Source of the DNA: the human T2T-CHM13v2.0 reference genome, Homo sapiens
Reading direction: 5' to 3' (one strand)
DNA length: 64,000 nt
NCBI RefSeq assembly: GCF_009914755.1
Contig: NC_060937.1
The translations under genes and the position numbers were made by a program. This document shows, one piece after another, positions 45,995-61,353 of the stretch (the first letter of the stretch is position 1; the number at the start of each line of letters is the position of its first letter). The notes below the pieces were generated by a model that was not told the DNA's origin, made no database searches, and saw only the letters and a list, made by a program, of their open reading frames with translations.

Positions 45995-46765
45995 TTTTCT
46001 TTTTTTTTTTTTTTTAACCACTTTACTGATTGTTACACAAACAGCCATACATATTTAATGTATACAACCTGAGTTGGAGATGAGGACACACCCATTAAAC
46101 CATCACTTCAATATATGCCATAAATTTATCCATCACCTCCAAAAAGTTCCCCCAGCCCTCTTTATTTGTGATTATTACTTTGTGTGTGTGATGAGAACAC
46201 TTAACATAAGATTTACTATCTTAGCAAATTTTAAAGTATGGAATACAGCATTGCTTACTCTAGTCACTGTGTCACTCAGTAGATCTCTAGCACTTATTCA
46301 TTTGCATAACAGAAACTTTGTACACTTGGACCAATACCTCTCCTTCTCCCTCCCCCCAGCCACAGCAACCAACCATTCTACTCTCTGCTACCATGAGTTC
46401 AAATGTTCTGGATTCCCCATATGTGTATTATCATGTAGTATTTGTCCTTCTGTGTCTGGCTTATTTCACTCAACATAATGTCCTCTAAATTTATCCACGT
46501 TGTCACGAATGGCAGGATTTTCCTCTTTTCAAAGGCTGGATAATACTCTATTATATGTATGTGCCACATTTTCTTTATCCATTTGTCTTTCGAACGACAT
46601 TTAAATTGTTTCTGTATCTTGGCTACTGTGAGTAATGCTGCAGTGGACATGGGAGTGCAGACATTTCTTCAAGATCTTGACATCAATTCTCTTGGACATA
46701 TATACAAAAGTGGGATTGCTGGCTCATATGGTAGTTCTTTTCAATTTTTTTGAGAAACTTCCATA
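45995..46765 (-). mobile_element. L1MA10-like 3' end
   Basis: T tract, then TACATATTTAATGTATACAAC...GAGAACACTTAACATAAGATTTACT...TGTGTCTGGCTTATTTCACT...GTGGGATTGCTGG.TCATATGGTAGTTC. Confidence 0.85.
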
Positions 46766-47103
46766 GCAGGCATACTTTTTGACTAACTTTATCACGGTAC
46801 TCTTTAATGGAAAATACACCAGCTTGTTGAAGAGAATTTAGATTAGTACTTTTCAAGCTTAGATATGTAGAGGCCTCTTCTAAAAGGAAAACCATATCAT
46901 TAAATTTTGATATATAACCTTGTTTATTAATGTTACTTAAAATATGCAAACATAAAATTAGGCATAACTTCTTAATGCCTATGATCTTGTTATAAATCAA
47001 GTATAATACAAAATAATGAAATTTCACTTAACAACATTAAAGTGTGATGTTATTTTGCTAAAACGCCATTGCAAACTTGTGATATGAAAATATGCTGATT
47101 GCC

Positions 47104-47547
<444 letters not shown>

Positions 47548-48719
47548 CTATTTTGATTTTATAGTACAGTTGATTATTATCAAAATAAAAACTCAAAGCT
47601 ACAATATTGTTATAGAGTTCTCCCAGACCTGAAAGAATACACCTTCAAGCATCCGAGGACCCCAGATGGAGAAACACTGCTTTAGATATAGAACATCTGA
47701 TGACAATGAAGGAAACTTTAGAAGCAGCATCCTGAGCAAATGTCTTGGGCAGAATGGAGTCCAAATAGCAACATTCTTGTTAATTCACTGTTAGAAATGC
47801 AGTGACAGGGACAGAGTTCAGCAAACACATACAAGTAAGTAAGTAAAAGCAAACCAGTCTTTAAAGAAGACAAGGAGACCTCTATTTGTGGATTTAAGAT
47901 AATTTGATGAAACAGTTTTCTAAATATTAACTTTTCCTATTTACCAGAAAACTTGCTCAGTCTATTTTGCGTTTTTTTTATTTTAAAATTAGAGATACAA
48001 ATTTCATAACAGAATCTTATAGTTGCCTTCTTTTATACCTATGAACGATTTCCTTTCTAAATTGTGAAAAGCTTGTTGCAAAGCATCTGTCCTTGGTTCA
48101 ACCCACCTAACATCATGTTCTGTAACATGCATGATTCTCTGCCAGTGTGTTACACAGTCACCAGCTCACCTGCTGGCAGCTGCACCAGTTTACTTACAAA
48201 ACTCAGGGTGATTTGGGCTTGAATGAGACCTACAAATTGCCAAGGATGTCTATGCTCACTGTTTTACATTTTCAGAGAATCGCTAGCCGAATCCTGCTAC
48301 CTGTATTGCCCCATACTCATGTAAATGGATTTTTATTTATTGACAGCCTTTCATTTTATTTGCTTTTCACCTGGAAAATATTTATTGGATGCTTTCAGTA
48401 ACAATCTCTAATTCAGGTGTACAAGTCCTCAAGGAATTTGCATCTTTTCTGCTTTAAAAGTTTTTAATTTTTTTCCTCCCTTGAAGTTTTATACAGTATT
48501 TTTCTAATATTAATTCCACAAGGAAGAAGTTCTGTTAGGGATCCACAATTGCATCCATAAAAGATGTATTTTTTTTCTCATTTGGAGTTGCAATTTAAGA
48601 GCATAATCATATTGGTTTTTATTCCAACAAGTTTAGTCACTGTTATCTAGAAGGCATTATGAAAATGTGAGTGAACTACCATGGAACATGTATTTAAGAT
48701 ATCTGGGTGAACTTGGTGA

Positions 48720-49089
<370 letters not shown>

Positions 49090-49272
49090 TAATTCTAACC
49101 TCCCAGAAATATTTTTATATAATAAGATTCTCCCAGAAATATTTTTATAAACATTTTTAAGAAAAGAAAGTAGGCTTGGAGAGATACATTTGTTCAACTT
49201 ATGATATTTCATAAGTTGCTGAGCCAGAACTCAAATGAAAGCCAGATTTACAGTGTCCCCACTATACCTCAT

Positions 49273-49636
49273 TGTCTCAGACTGTTCAGACTGCTAAAAC
49301 AAAATACCTTAGACTGGATAATTTATAAATAACAAAATTACTGTTCACAGTTCTGGAGACTGAGAAGTCCAAGATCAAGGCACCCGCAGATGCAACATGT
49401 AGTAAGTGCACGGTCTCTGCTTAATAGATGGCTTCTTGTTGCTGTGTTTTCACATAGTGGAAGCGGGAAGGCAACTCCCTTCAACCTCTTTTATTAGGAC
49501 ACTAATCCCATTCACAAGTGGAGAGTCCTCGTGATTTAATCACTTCCCAAAAGGCCCCACCTTTTAATATTATCATATTGGGTATTAGGTTCCAAACTAT
49601 GAATTTGTAAGAGATATCAACATTCAGACCATAGCA
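49273..49636 (-). mobile_element. MaLR solo LTR (MSTD/MLT1A-like)
   Basis: AAAATACCTTAGACTGGATAATTTATAAA...CAGTTCTGGAGACTGAGAAGTCCAAGATCAAGG...CATTCAGACCATAGCA. TSD CT(C/A)AT. Confidence 0.85.
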
Positions 49637-49872
49637 CTAATGGATTATGAGCAGTTAGCCCAGTGGATTCCTATGTTCTGAACAAACACGCAAAGACTCA
49701 AATAGAAGAGCATCTTCCTCCTAGGCTCTAAGGTACACATCTGAAGCTGGACCAGAAGCATGATTAAGAGTCAGCTTGTTTAGTGGCAAAGCTAACCCTG
49801 AGCAGATAATGCATTGCACCTGGCCTATGGCTATGCAGAGCCTCCTTTGTCTATGTTAAGAGTCTGGGTTAT

Positions 49873-50173
49873 GGCCAGGCATGGTGGCTCACCCCTGTAA
49901 TCCCAGCACTTTGGGAGGCTGAGGTGGGCGGATCACAAGGTCAAGAGATCGAGACCATCCTGGCCAAGATGGTGAAACCCTGTCTCTACTAAAAAATACA
50001 AAAATTAGCTGGGCATAGTGGTACACACCTGTAGTCCCAGCTACTCAGGAGGCTGAGGCAGGAGAATCTCTTGAACCTGGGAGGCGGAGGTTGCAGTGAG
50101 CCGAGATCGCACCAAAGCACTACAGCCTGGTGACAGAGCAAGACTTCATCTCAAAAAAAAAAAAAAAAAAAAA
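49873..50173 (+). mobile_element. AluSc
   Basis: GGTCAAGAGATCGAGACCATCCTGGCC and CAGCCTGGTGACAGAG diagnostics. TSD AAGAGTCT(G/T)GGTTA. Confidence 0.95.
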
Positions 50174-50203
50174 AAGAGTCTTGGTTACAACTATTGTATA
50201 AAC

Positions 50204-50422
50204 CAGAGATCAGCATGCTAAGGCCCGTAGACCAAATCTGGCTCACCACCTGCTTCTGTAAATAATATTTTATTGGAACACAGTCCTGCTCATGTTTTTA
50301 AAGCATATTGTCTATGGCAACTTCCACACTACAGAAAATCAGAGTTGAGTAGTTATGACAAGATCATATGGCTCACAAAGCCCAAAATACTGTCTTTTAT
50401 AAAAAATGTTTGCTGCCCATTG
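50204..50422 (+). mobile_element. MER58A hAT-Charlie MITE
   Basis: GGCCC...CCAAATCTGGC...TTTTATTGGAACACAG...CAGAGTTGAGTAGTT. 8-bp TSD GTATA(A/G)AC. Confidence 0.9.
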
Positions 50423-50767
50423 GTATAGACTAATATATTTTAAAATCAGTATAACATGATTAGCTAAGAAAATACAATTCAATTTTGCATGGTTTTTCTT
50501 AAAACTCTGATAAGCAGCATTATAGGACAAATCCATACATATTTACGTGGCACTGGGCTTCCATAAGAATAGGGACAGTTGAAATTCCATAGGTATTTGA
50601 GCACATTGATGCTTCATAACCTTTGGAATATAAAGTTCTTCTGTCTTTGCACTGTAACATTGTAGGAATTCCTCCTTATTTCTGATTGGCTAAAACAAAA
50701 ACGAAACATAAGCTTGAGCATGCAAACAGCATTACAATAGATCATAGAGCATTTCTGTAGTATCCTG

Positions 50768-51134
50768 TGTCTTAGTCAGTCCGGGCTGCTATAACAAGGC
50801 ACACAGACTGGGTAGCTTATAGACAACAACCATTCATTGTTCACAGTTCTGGAGGCTGGAAGTCAAAGATCAGGGTGCCAGCATGGTGGGTTTCTGTTGA
50901 CGGACCTCTTCCAGGTTGAGGGCTGCTGGTTTCTCATGGTATCTTCACATGGCAGAAAGAGGTCAAGAGAGCTCTCTGGGGTCGCTTTTATAAGGGCACT
51001 AACAACCTCATTCATGAGGGCTCCACCCTCATGACACAATCACCTCTCAAAGCCCACCTCCTAATCCCATCCCATTGGGGGTTAGGATTTCAACATATGA
51101 ATTGTGGAAGGATGCAGGCATTCAGTTCATAATA
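50768..51134 (-). mobile_element. MLT1A0-type MaLR solo LTR
   Basis: TGTCTTAGTC..GGGCTGCTATAACA...ATTCATGAGGGCTCCACCCTCATGAC...GGGTTAGGATTTCAACATATGAATT. TSD TC(C/T)TG. Confidence 0.9.
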
Positions 51135-53239
51135 TCTTGTGGCCTCCATCTTTTTCCACTTGTCAGGAAATGCTTCTCAGAATGTATTACTCTCCCATCA
51201 TTGAAATGGACTGTTGAACACATGGATTAGTATAACAGGGAACATGCATACATCTCTCTGATGCCTTAGGAGCCCTTCTTATAAGGAATGCACATTAAAT
51301 TTAGCATCAGGACCAATTTTCTTACTAGCTATATCACTTCTTAAGGGAAAGGAGCAGAAGGAAGCCATAGAGGTTCCCTCACTTTGCTCTCCCCTCCACT
51401 AGCCCACCACATACCCTACCTATAGCTATCAAAGGTTTTGGAAAGAGGCAGATCAAGTGAATTGTATGATGCCGGGGTATCAGGCAGGCTTTGGTGGTGG
51501 GGTAGATGCATGGAAGGCATGTTTTGCAGTAACTCTAAGGATTATGGAGTGTGCTTATCTTTAAATCTTCTTTGGGGCAAGTCTTTTTCTTCTTATCATA
51601 ATCATATTTTTCCGATACCAGAATCAAGGTGCACTGTGTGGGAAAGGAGGCTTTGTGATTGTGAATTTATATGATTTGCTTGTGTAAAAAGGGATAAACA
51701 TCAAGAATGGCCTCACATTCCAACAATGAAAGTTGATGTGCTGCTTGCCTTATGACAGTAAAGAAACCCATATCCCATCAGCATTTTTGCTTAGTAGGTT
51801 TTATTATTGCTCCAAAGCATAATGAGGAGACTGAATAAACCGGCCTTCACTGTGCTCTACCAACGTGGTTTTGGACTTCGATAAGCTTTCCCCATGAGAG
51901 TGTGAAAGATTACTTGCAACATTAAAATTTTTCTTCCATGCCGCAAAGATATATAGCTAATTAGTGAAACAGCCTTCTGTAATTCATCTTTTCCATCTTT
52001 TTGCACCTTTAAAGGGGGCGTAAGTAAGATTATCAAAATTTCCTTAGATGCAATAAGGAGACTGCACAACATCAGGATGTACCTGGTTAAACCTGACTTA
52101 CTAGTTGGGTATTCCATTATTTTAACATCTTTCATGCAATTTTAAAAATTGAAATACTATCTGAAACTTGCTGCAAATGAGAAGCAACTCTTCTATAACA
52201 TTGTGGATACTCTTCTCTAGTGGTTAACACCATGCTCACTCTTTGGTGACACTCCTTCTGGCCCCAAGTGTTCTCTGCCCAACACTGAAGAAAATGAAAC
52301 CCAGTGCTTTTTGTTAAACTGAGTGGCAAGTTCCAGCTATTGGTCAGCACCGTTGCCCTGCGTTTCTCCAAGGGAGTGCTTTAGCCCTAGGCAATCCCTG
52401 GCCCAGCTTTGACTCTGGTCCTCATAAGAGGAGGTGGTCGCCTAGAGAGACATGGCGTATGCCCACTGTATAACACAAGACTCAAACAGCATGGTCCTTC
52501 AGTCTCACTTGCACCTATCCTAACCTTGTTAACATACCCCATCTATTTCCTCTTGCTTCTTGCTATATGTTTTAAGAAGTGTAATTTGAATGTCTTAATT
52601 TGGTTTTCAAGCCTTTTCAGTGCATGGCCTCTGGGGTCATTCACCCACTAGAGTACTGGAAGACTATCACTGCATCAAGGTAATTTCCAACACAATGATA
52701 GTGCTCTTCCTTACAGCTGATTACATCAGCCATATTTGCTTTTATTTCAAAATGCTAAGGAATGTTTACTCAGTTGATCTGACTTATCCATTAAATAGCA
52801 AATTCACTTAAAAAGTAAGTACTAGAAATATAAATACCAAAAAATGCCAAAAAAGTTAAAGATAACAAATACCAAATACCACCTAAAATGAACAAATGTT
52901 AATAATTTTTCATCTTCGCAGCAGATTTTTAAATTTTATTTCTTGTCTTATCAAAAAACAATGTCCTGAGAAAGGGTGTTAAGGAGATCAATGATTTTGA
53001 GTGTTTGCATTAATTCTCTCAACAAATATTCACTGAGTTACTAAAATATAAGGAATATCCTGATCTAAGCGGTGCAATTAGTCATTCATTCTGAGCAAAT
53101 TACACCCCAGTACATTTCTAATAACTGAAATCACACATAATACGTTCTCTGACAACAGAAAAATAAAGCTAAAACTCACAAGAAGTTAAATACGAGATCC
53201 TCAGATATTTGGAAATTAAGAAGTAGACTTCAACTGGAT

Positions 53240-56200
53240 ATTCAGGCTTTCTTTTCAGTAAATTGCCTGATCATATTGTTGACCTGGTTTTAAAAATTGA
53301 GTTTATTATCAATGTGCATGAGTTCTTTATATATGCAGGATACTAATTATTTGCTTTATACATATTTCGAAAATCATTTATCTCTTTTTCTGGCTTTTCT
53401 TTTAACTTTTTTCTTTTGTGATTCAGAAGGTTCTAACTTCTATATAGTCAATTTTGCCATTTTTTCACCTGATTTCTGGGGTTTTTTAAATATCTTATTT
53501 AATAAATCTTTCTCTTCCTTGAGGTCATAAAATTATTCCTCTATAATTTAATATTTAATATTTTTTCACAATTAGGTCATGAAATATCTAGGTTCATAAT
53601 GTAAGGTATGAATTAGGAATGAGCTTTTATATTTTTTATATGGAAAACCAATTGTCTCAGCACCTTTGAATTGCAAATTTCTACATTTATTTCCCTCTGT
53701 TTGTGAATTCTCCATCCTTTCCACTGATTCATTTGTCTATCTCTACACTAATACTATACCCTCTTAATTTCTATGGCTTTATAATAAGACCTAATAACTA
53801 GTGGCATAAGTCTGGTTCTGCATCAGAATTTACCTTGCACTCTTGGGTATCCATTCATTTATTTCACAAATATTTATTGAGCAACTAGTGTATGTCATGC
53901 ACTTCTTTTCATGTGCTTGGAGGTAAATCAGTGAATAAAAGAGTTACTAATCCCTGTGCTCATAACGTCTTATATATTTACCTGTGAATATAGGAATTAT
54001 TCTGTCAACTTTCACAAAAATCCTATTAGGATTGTGACAGAAATTACATTTAATTAAAACACTAATTTGAGAAGAATCACTATCTTTATGCTATTGAAAC
54101 TTTTCACCTGAATGTCGAATCTCTTTATTTATTCAGCTATTTTTTTGTGCCCTTCGATTACATTTTGTGATTTTCTCCGTAAAATTTCTTACATCTTATT
54201 AAATTATCTCTGGGTACTCAGTAGTTTAGTTATTGAGAATGGTCTGTTTTTTTAATTACGTTTTATAATTGGTTATTGCTGCTCTACAGAAACGTTTACT
54301 TTGTGTATGATGACTGTATCTAGCAATTTTTTAAATTCTAACTAATTCTAATCATTTTTTTCTGAAGATTTCCTTAAATTTTCTATGAGGATAGCAATAC
54401 AATATGCAAATATAGACGATTTTTGTCTCTTCCTTTCCAATCTTTACACCTTTTATTTACTTTTCTTTCCTTTTCTTTTGGCATTGACTGGACCTCTATA
54501 ACAATGATAAAAGTTGTGCACATAGTGGGACAATATTGCCAAATTCCTGACTTTAATGGGACCACTCCTCAACTTTATAATTAAGATGTTTGGTCTATGT
54601 TTTGGAAAATACCATTTCACATAAAGGAGGTTTCTTTCTTTTCCTACTTTGCCAATAATTTCATATTTCATAAATATTAAATTATATCATGTTCTTTATA
54701 TATGTATAGACATCATTATGATTCTAATACATTTATGTATAAATTACATTGCTAGATTTTCTTAGGTTGAACCAATTTTACATTTTTGAAATGAATTGTA
54801 CTTGATCATCATGAATGGCCATTTGTTGCATTTGGTTTGTTTATACTTTATATGAATTTTTATATTGGTTATAACTTATTTAGAAACATTGAATGTTTAT
54901 CTATAAGCAAAATAGGTATATAGTTTTTAACACTATACAATCCTTTGTCTGGTTTGATATCTAGGTTATAACCGTCTCATAAAATGCTGCTCTTTTTCTG
55001 TTCGTCCAGATTTTAAGGTAAAGAATATTTTTATCTAAAATATTGGTTCTTTTCTTCTATAAAGTTTTCTGGTCCAGGTGCCTTTTAGAGGAGAGTATTC
55101 TTTTTAACCACAGATTAATTTCTTTTTAAAAATTGCTGTTGGTTTGTACAGTTTTTCTACGCTTTTAGTCAATTTTTTTCTAGAATATTTTCCATCTCAG
55201 CTAAGTGTTCAATTTTAGTGGCATGAAGCAACTTACAATATTCTCTTATAATTTTTAAAATCCCTACTCACTGTAGTTATGGACCATCTCTTTGTTCCTA
55301 GAATAATTTGTTTATTTATGCCTGTCTTTTCTTTTCTCTTTTTTTCTTTTTGTCTCAATTAATTTGGCCAATGGTTTGTTTTTATTTTGCAGATCTTCCA
55401 AACAAAACATATTTTCTTTTGATAGCATCTATGCTTTTATTTTCTATTTAATCAATTTCTCCACATATCCTTATTATTTGTTTCCTTTTTTGAGGGAGTT
55501 ACTCTTTTCTGTATTCTTGAGCTGAATTTTTACTTGTTTTTTTAGCCAATAATAATAATCACTAACATTTATGAAGTGTTCACAATGTATACTGTGCCAG
55601 AAATTTTTACTTGCTTTTTTTTCCCACTTTTATTTTAGAATTAGGAGGTACACATACAGGTTTGTTACAAAGGTATATGGCATGGTGCTGAGGTTGGAAG
55701 TACGAATTAATCTGCCACCCAGATGGTGAACATGCCTGCTTATTTTTAGTGTCATGTTTTTTAGTTAAGATTATACATTTTCCTCTAAGTACCAATTTAG
55801 CTGTATCCCACAAATTTTGAAACATAGTAGTTTTTATTGTCACTTAGTTCTATATATTTTCTTATTTAAACTGTAATTTTCTCTTTAGCCATAAATTATT
55901 TAATAATTTGTTTTTAGTTTTTAAACACACGGGTTTTAATTTTACAGTATTTTATTGTTTTCCATTTTAATTCTTTGTGGTCAGGAAAAATAAGCTTTAA
56001 GATGATAATTTAAAAAAATTTATTGATACTTCCTTTGTGATCTAGTGCTTAGTCAACTTTGCTAAATGTTATATGTACGTTTGCAAAAAAAAAGTAAATT
56101 ATCTAATAACCTCAAGTTGTTTTTTGATTACACTGTTAATTATGGGGTTCAAATCTCATTTATGTTTCTAATTTGTTATCCATACATAACGTAATTTGAT

Positions 56201-56600
56201 CCATACATAATGTATAGATATTATAGATTTATGTACTTATGGATTTGTTTGTTTTCCTTATGTTTTTCAGTTTTTGCTCTATGTTTTCCTAGGTTCACAG
56301 AAATTTATAATTGTTACATCAGCAAGTTTTTCATTCTATCTTTGTTTATTATTATATCACTATTAATGCTTCCTATCTTAAACTGTGTTTTATCTGATAG
56401 TAATATTGCTACAGAAGCTTTCTTTTTGAATTTTTATTTATTTTTAGCCTTTTGATATTTTGTTGTTATTTTAGATGTGTCTCTTATATGCGGCATGCAT
56501 CTGGATTGCAATTTTATATTAATTCTGTACATTCTCTATAAATGATTATATTTGTTGTATTTACCTTTCTTTGTGCTTTTTATGTAACTGAACTTTTAAT
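53240..56600 (-). mobile_element. Old L1M (L1ME-like) ORF2 remnant with nested L2, MIR and L1PA 3'-tip fragments
   Basis: Collinear degenerate reverse ORF2 motifs (AATTGTCTCAGCACC, GCATTGACTGGACCTCT, TTCCTGACTTTAATGGG, TTTCCTCTAAGTACC, GCTGTATCCCACAAATTTTG). L2 tail near 53852-53965; L1PA16-like tip near 55615-55732. Confidence 0.7.
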
Positions 56601-56611
56601 TCTTTCTAAAA

Positions 56612-57138
56612 AACTTTTACTTTTAGAATAGTTTTAGACTTGCAGAAATATTACAAAGAAAACACAAAGAGTTCGCATATACCTCCACACCCAGCTTCCC
56701 CTATGATTAACATCTGACATTAGTATGGGATATTTGTCACAACTAATGAGACAATATCCGTACATTTTATTAACTAAAGTCCATACTTTATTCAGATTGC
56801 CTCAGTTTTTACCTAATGTCTTTTTGTTGTTGCCATAGGATCCCATTGAGGATACTGTAGTAGACTTAGTTCTTCTGTGTTCTTAGGTTCCTCTTGGCTG
56901 TGACAATTTCTCAGACTTTCCTTGTTTTTGATGATCTTGACAGTTTTGAGGATTATTAGTCAGGCAGTTTGTAAAGTGTCCCTCAACTTGGATTTGTCTG
57001 ATGTTTTTTGCACAGGTAGTCTGGGGTTATATGTTTTGAGGGAGGAATTCAACACAGGTAAAGTGCCATTTTTGTCACATCATATCAAGGTACATACTAT
57101 CAATACGATTTAGCGCTGTGAATATTGACCTTGATCAC
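56612..57138 (-). mobile_element. L1MC3/4-type 3' end
   Basis: TATTAACTAAAGTCCATACTTTATTCAGATT...GGCTGTGACAATTTCTCAGACTTTCCTTGTTTTTGATGA. Confidence 0.82.
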
Positions 57139-57139
57139 T

Positions 57140-57445
57140 ATGGAGGATTGGTTTCTCCATGGTGATCAAAGGATACCAAAATCCATGGATGCTTAGTCCC
57201 TGATATAAAATGGCATAATATTTGCAAATAATCTATGCACATCCTCCTGTATACTTTAAATAATCTCTAGATTATCCATAATACCTAATACAATGGCTAC
57301 ACATCAATTCATTTATGTGAACTGAATGGAGGACTTGATGTGTGGCAAATTCAGGTTTTGGTTTGGAGAACTCTGTGGAATTGCTTTTTCTGAATATTTT
57401 AAATCTGCAGTTCATTCAATCCATGGATACAAAGGGCCAACTGTA
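57140..57445. mobile_element. MER2-family (Tigger) MITE
   Basis: GGATACCAAAATCCATGGATGCT..GTCCCTGATATAAAATGGC...TCTCTAGATTA...GGATACAAAGGGCCAACTG, followed by TA. Confidence 0.85.
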
Positions 57446-57479
57446 TGCCATTTCACATGTAGTGTAGCTTAACTTATTC

Positions 57480-57850
57480 CCAATTCCTCTCTCCTACCTG
57501 ATATGACACTGCTGTCTTTCTTTCACCTAATCGTATGTATTATCCCTCAACACATTATTACTATTATTCCTTTAAACAAACAGTTATCTTTTAGATCAAT
57601 TAAGAATGAAGATTTTATTTTACTTTTATTTTTTTCCTTCTGCTGTACTATAGTCTTCATTGCTTGATGTAGATCTGAATTTCTGATATACGTCCTTTTC
57701 CCTGAAGAACTTCTTTTAACATTTCTTACAGGGCAGATCTGCTGCTGATGAACTCCCCATTTTTTGTTGACCTGTGAAAATTTGTATTTCTCTTTTATTT
57801 CTGAATGGTTATATTTCTGGTTATAGAATCGTAGGTTGGTGACAGGTTTT
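57480..57850 (-). mobile_element. Old L1M fragment (ORF1/ORF2 boundary region)
   Basis: CCTGAAGAACTTCTTTTAACATTTCTT..GGGCAGATCTGCTGCTGATGAACTC...GGTTATAGAATC.TAGGTTG. Confidence 0.65.
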
Positions 57851-58010
57851 TTTTCAGTTTTTTATGGCTTTAAGTACAGTTATATGCTGGTTACTCCACA
57901 ATTTGTATCTCCATCCTGGCCTCTTTTCTGAATTCCAGATTTGTTTATCAAACTACCATCTTGGGCATCTCCTCTGGAATGCTTAATAGGTATCTCAAAT
58001 TGAAAACTGA

Positions 58011-58304
58011 GGCCAGACACAGCCGCTCATGCCTGTAATCCCAGCACTTTGGGAGGCCAAGGAAGGAGGATTGCCTGAGGCCAGGAGTTGGAGACCACCC
58101 TGGGCAATAAAAAGACCTCATATCTGCCAAGAAGTTTAAAAGTTAGCCAGGCATGGTGGCTTTTGTCTATGGTCATAGCTAATTAAGAGGCTGAAGTGGA
58201 AGAATCCCTTGAGCCCAGGAGTTCAAAGTTACAGTGAGCTGTGTCGGCCTGGGTGACAGAGCTAGATCCTGTCTCAAAAATATAAGTAAATTAATAAATG
58301 AAAT
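58011..58304 (+). mobile_element. AluJ (diverged)
   Basis: GGAGGATTGCCTGAGGCCAGGAG. TSD GAAAACTG. Confidence 0.9.
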
Positions 58305-59082
58305 AGAAAACTGTGCTCCTGATATTCCTCCACAAGCCTGAGTCTCCCACATGCTTTCCAACTCAGTAAATACCTACGCTAATTTTCTAGATACACAGGT
58401 AAAAGATGTAAATTACTCTTGCCTCTTTTTATTTCACATCTCACTTTAAACTCATCAACAATTCCTGTCATCTCTATCTGGAATGAATATCAAAATCCAA
58501 AATATTCTCATGACTTCCACTGCTACCAACCTGGTATGAGCTGTCATTGTTTTTTACTTGGATTGTGGCAACAGACTTCTAGCTGATCTCCCTGCTTCTA
58601 CCCTTAACCCCCTTTCATCTATTCCCAACACAATGATCCTGATAAAACAGAAGCCATGTCGCGTCACTGTTCTGCTAAAACCCTCCAATGGCTTACCATC
58701 TCTCGCAGAGTAAAAGCCAAAGTTCTTACAATGGCACACAAGGCTTTACACTATCTGGCCCTCATCTCAATCTCTCCTTCCTCCTACCATTTCAGTCATG
58801 TTTTTGTCCTTGCTATTCCTCAAAATCTTTCAGACAAGCTCCTGCCTTACGGCATTTGCATTGGCTGTTTCCTATAACTGGATCATTCTTTCCTCAAGGG
58901 ATTTACATGGCTTATTCTTTCCCTTTCTTAATTCAAACATCATGTTATTAAGAGCATTCCTGACCATCCTATTTAAAATCTTAATCATAGACATACTTAA
59001 AACTCTATCCCTATTTTGTGCCTTTCTTTTGTCATTAGGACTTGCCACCACCAAACATCTATATATCTTCCTTCTTTATCTG

Positions 59083-59349
59083 TTTTTTTTTTTCTTTTTT
59101 TTTGACAGAATCTCACTGTCATCCAGGCTGGAGTGCAGTGGTGCAATCACGGCTTACCACAGCCTCTACCTCCCAGGCTCAAGCAATCCTCCCACCTCAT
59201 TCCCCGAGTAGCTAGGATTACCGGTGCACACCACCATGCCCAGCTAATTTTTTAATGTTTGTGTAGAGGCAGGGTCTCAAACTCTTGGGCTCAAGCAGTC
59301 CTCCTGTCTCAGCCTCCCAAAGTGCTGTGATTACAAGCATGAGCCACCA
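59083..59349 (-). mobile_element. AluJ with internal deletion
   Basis: Reverse AluJ; the left arm lacks the CTATGTTGCCCAGGCTGG segment. Confidence 0.9.
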
Positions 59350-60137
59350 ATTTATCTTGTTTATCTTGCTTATTGGCTGTTTGTCTCTCACAAGAATGAA
59401 ATCTCTCTGAAGGCAAAGGATGTTTACTCTTTTTTACATTTTTTTATTCCCACTGTCTAAAACAATGCCTAACATATAATAAACATATATTGTTTATAAT
59501 ATTTATTTATTATAATTAATGAGTTAATAAATGAATAGCTATATTTTTCATTTTCAGGATTTATAGTTAGTTCTTTTGCATGTCTATCTTTTTTATTCAT
59601 ATTTGCTCATTTTTGTTCATAATTTATTCTTTTACAATTGGTGTTATTCTTTTCTTCTCTGTTCTGAAAATATTAACCCTCTTTGTTATTAGGTCATTTT
59701 AGGATTATTCTATCACTTTCATTTCATTGGGGGTAAATTTATCTACCAAATGTTGAACATGTTGAATTTCAAGAGTGTGTGTATGTGTGTGAATATTTTC
59801 CTTGTGTGTTTTGGAATGCAGTTTTCAGCCTGGTTTTAAGTAAAGTTCTCTGTCTGTCTGTCTCTCTCTCTCTTTTTCTCTCTCTTCCAAAGAAATACAA
59901 ATGGTTATAAATGAAAACAAAACAAACATTTAAAAAGAAGAATCAAATAGAAATCTTAAAAAAGAAAAATGTAGTCTTCTCTATTACTGATTCAATTTTG
60001 GAGCTGAATAGGCAGAAAAAATTCTAGGTTGTACACTTTGAAGGTATGGTTAGGAAAAATAGAAGCAAGAACTGAAGAAATCACCAAATAATAAGATATG
60101 CAGAGCCAAGGAGATGAAGAATATGAAAGAGGAGTTA

Positions 60138-61353
<1,216 letters not shown>

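Larger units (their letters stand above)
57880..59538 (+). mobile_element. L2a 3' portion interrupted by two AluJ
   Basis: TATATGCTGG..ACTCC..AATTTGTATCTCCA...TCTCCCTGCTTCTACCCTT...AAAACCCTCCAATGGCTT...GAAGGCAAAGGA...AATAAATGAAT tail. Confidence 0.85.

Noticed and set aside
53120-53240. Sense L1 endonuclease-region fragment abutting a long antisense L1M, a possible second twin-priming event
   Set aside because: The equivalent region appears again in the antisense element (~55900-55990), and the sequence is too diverged to define junctions or a TSD.
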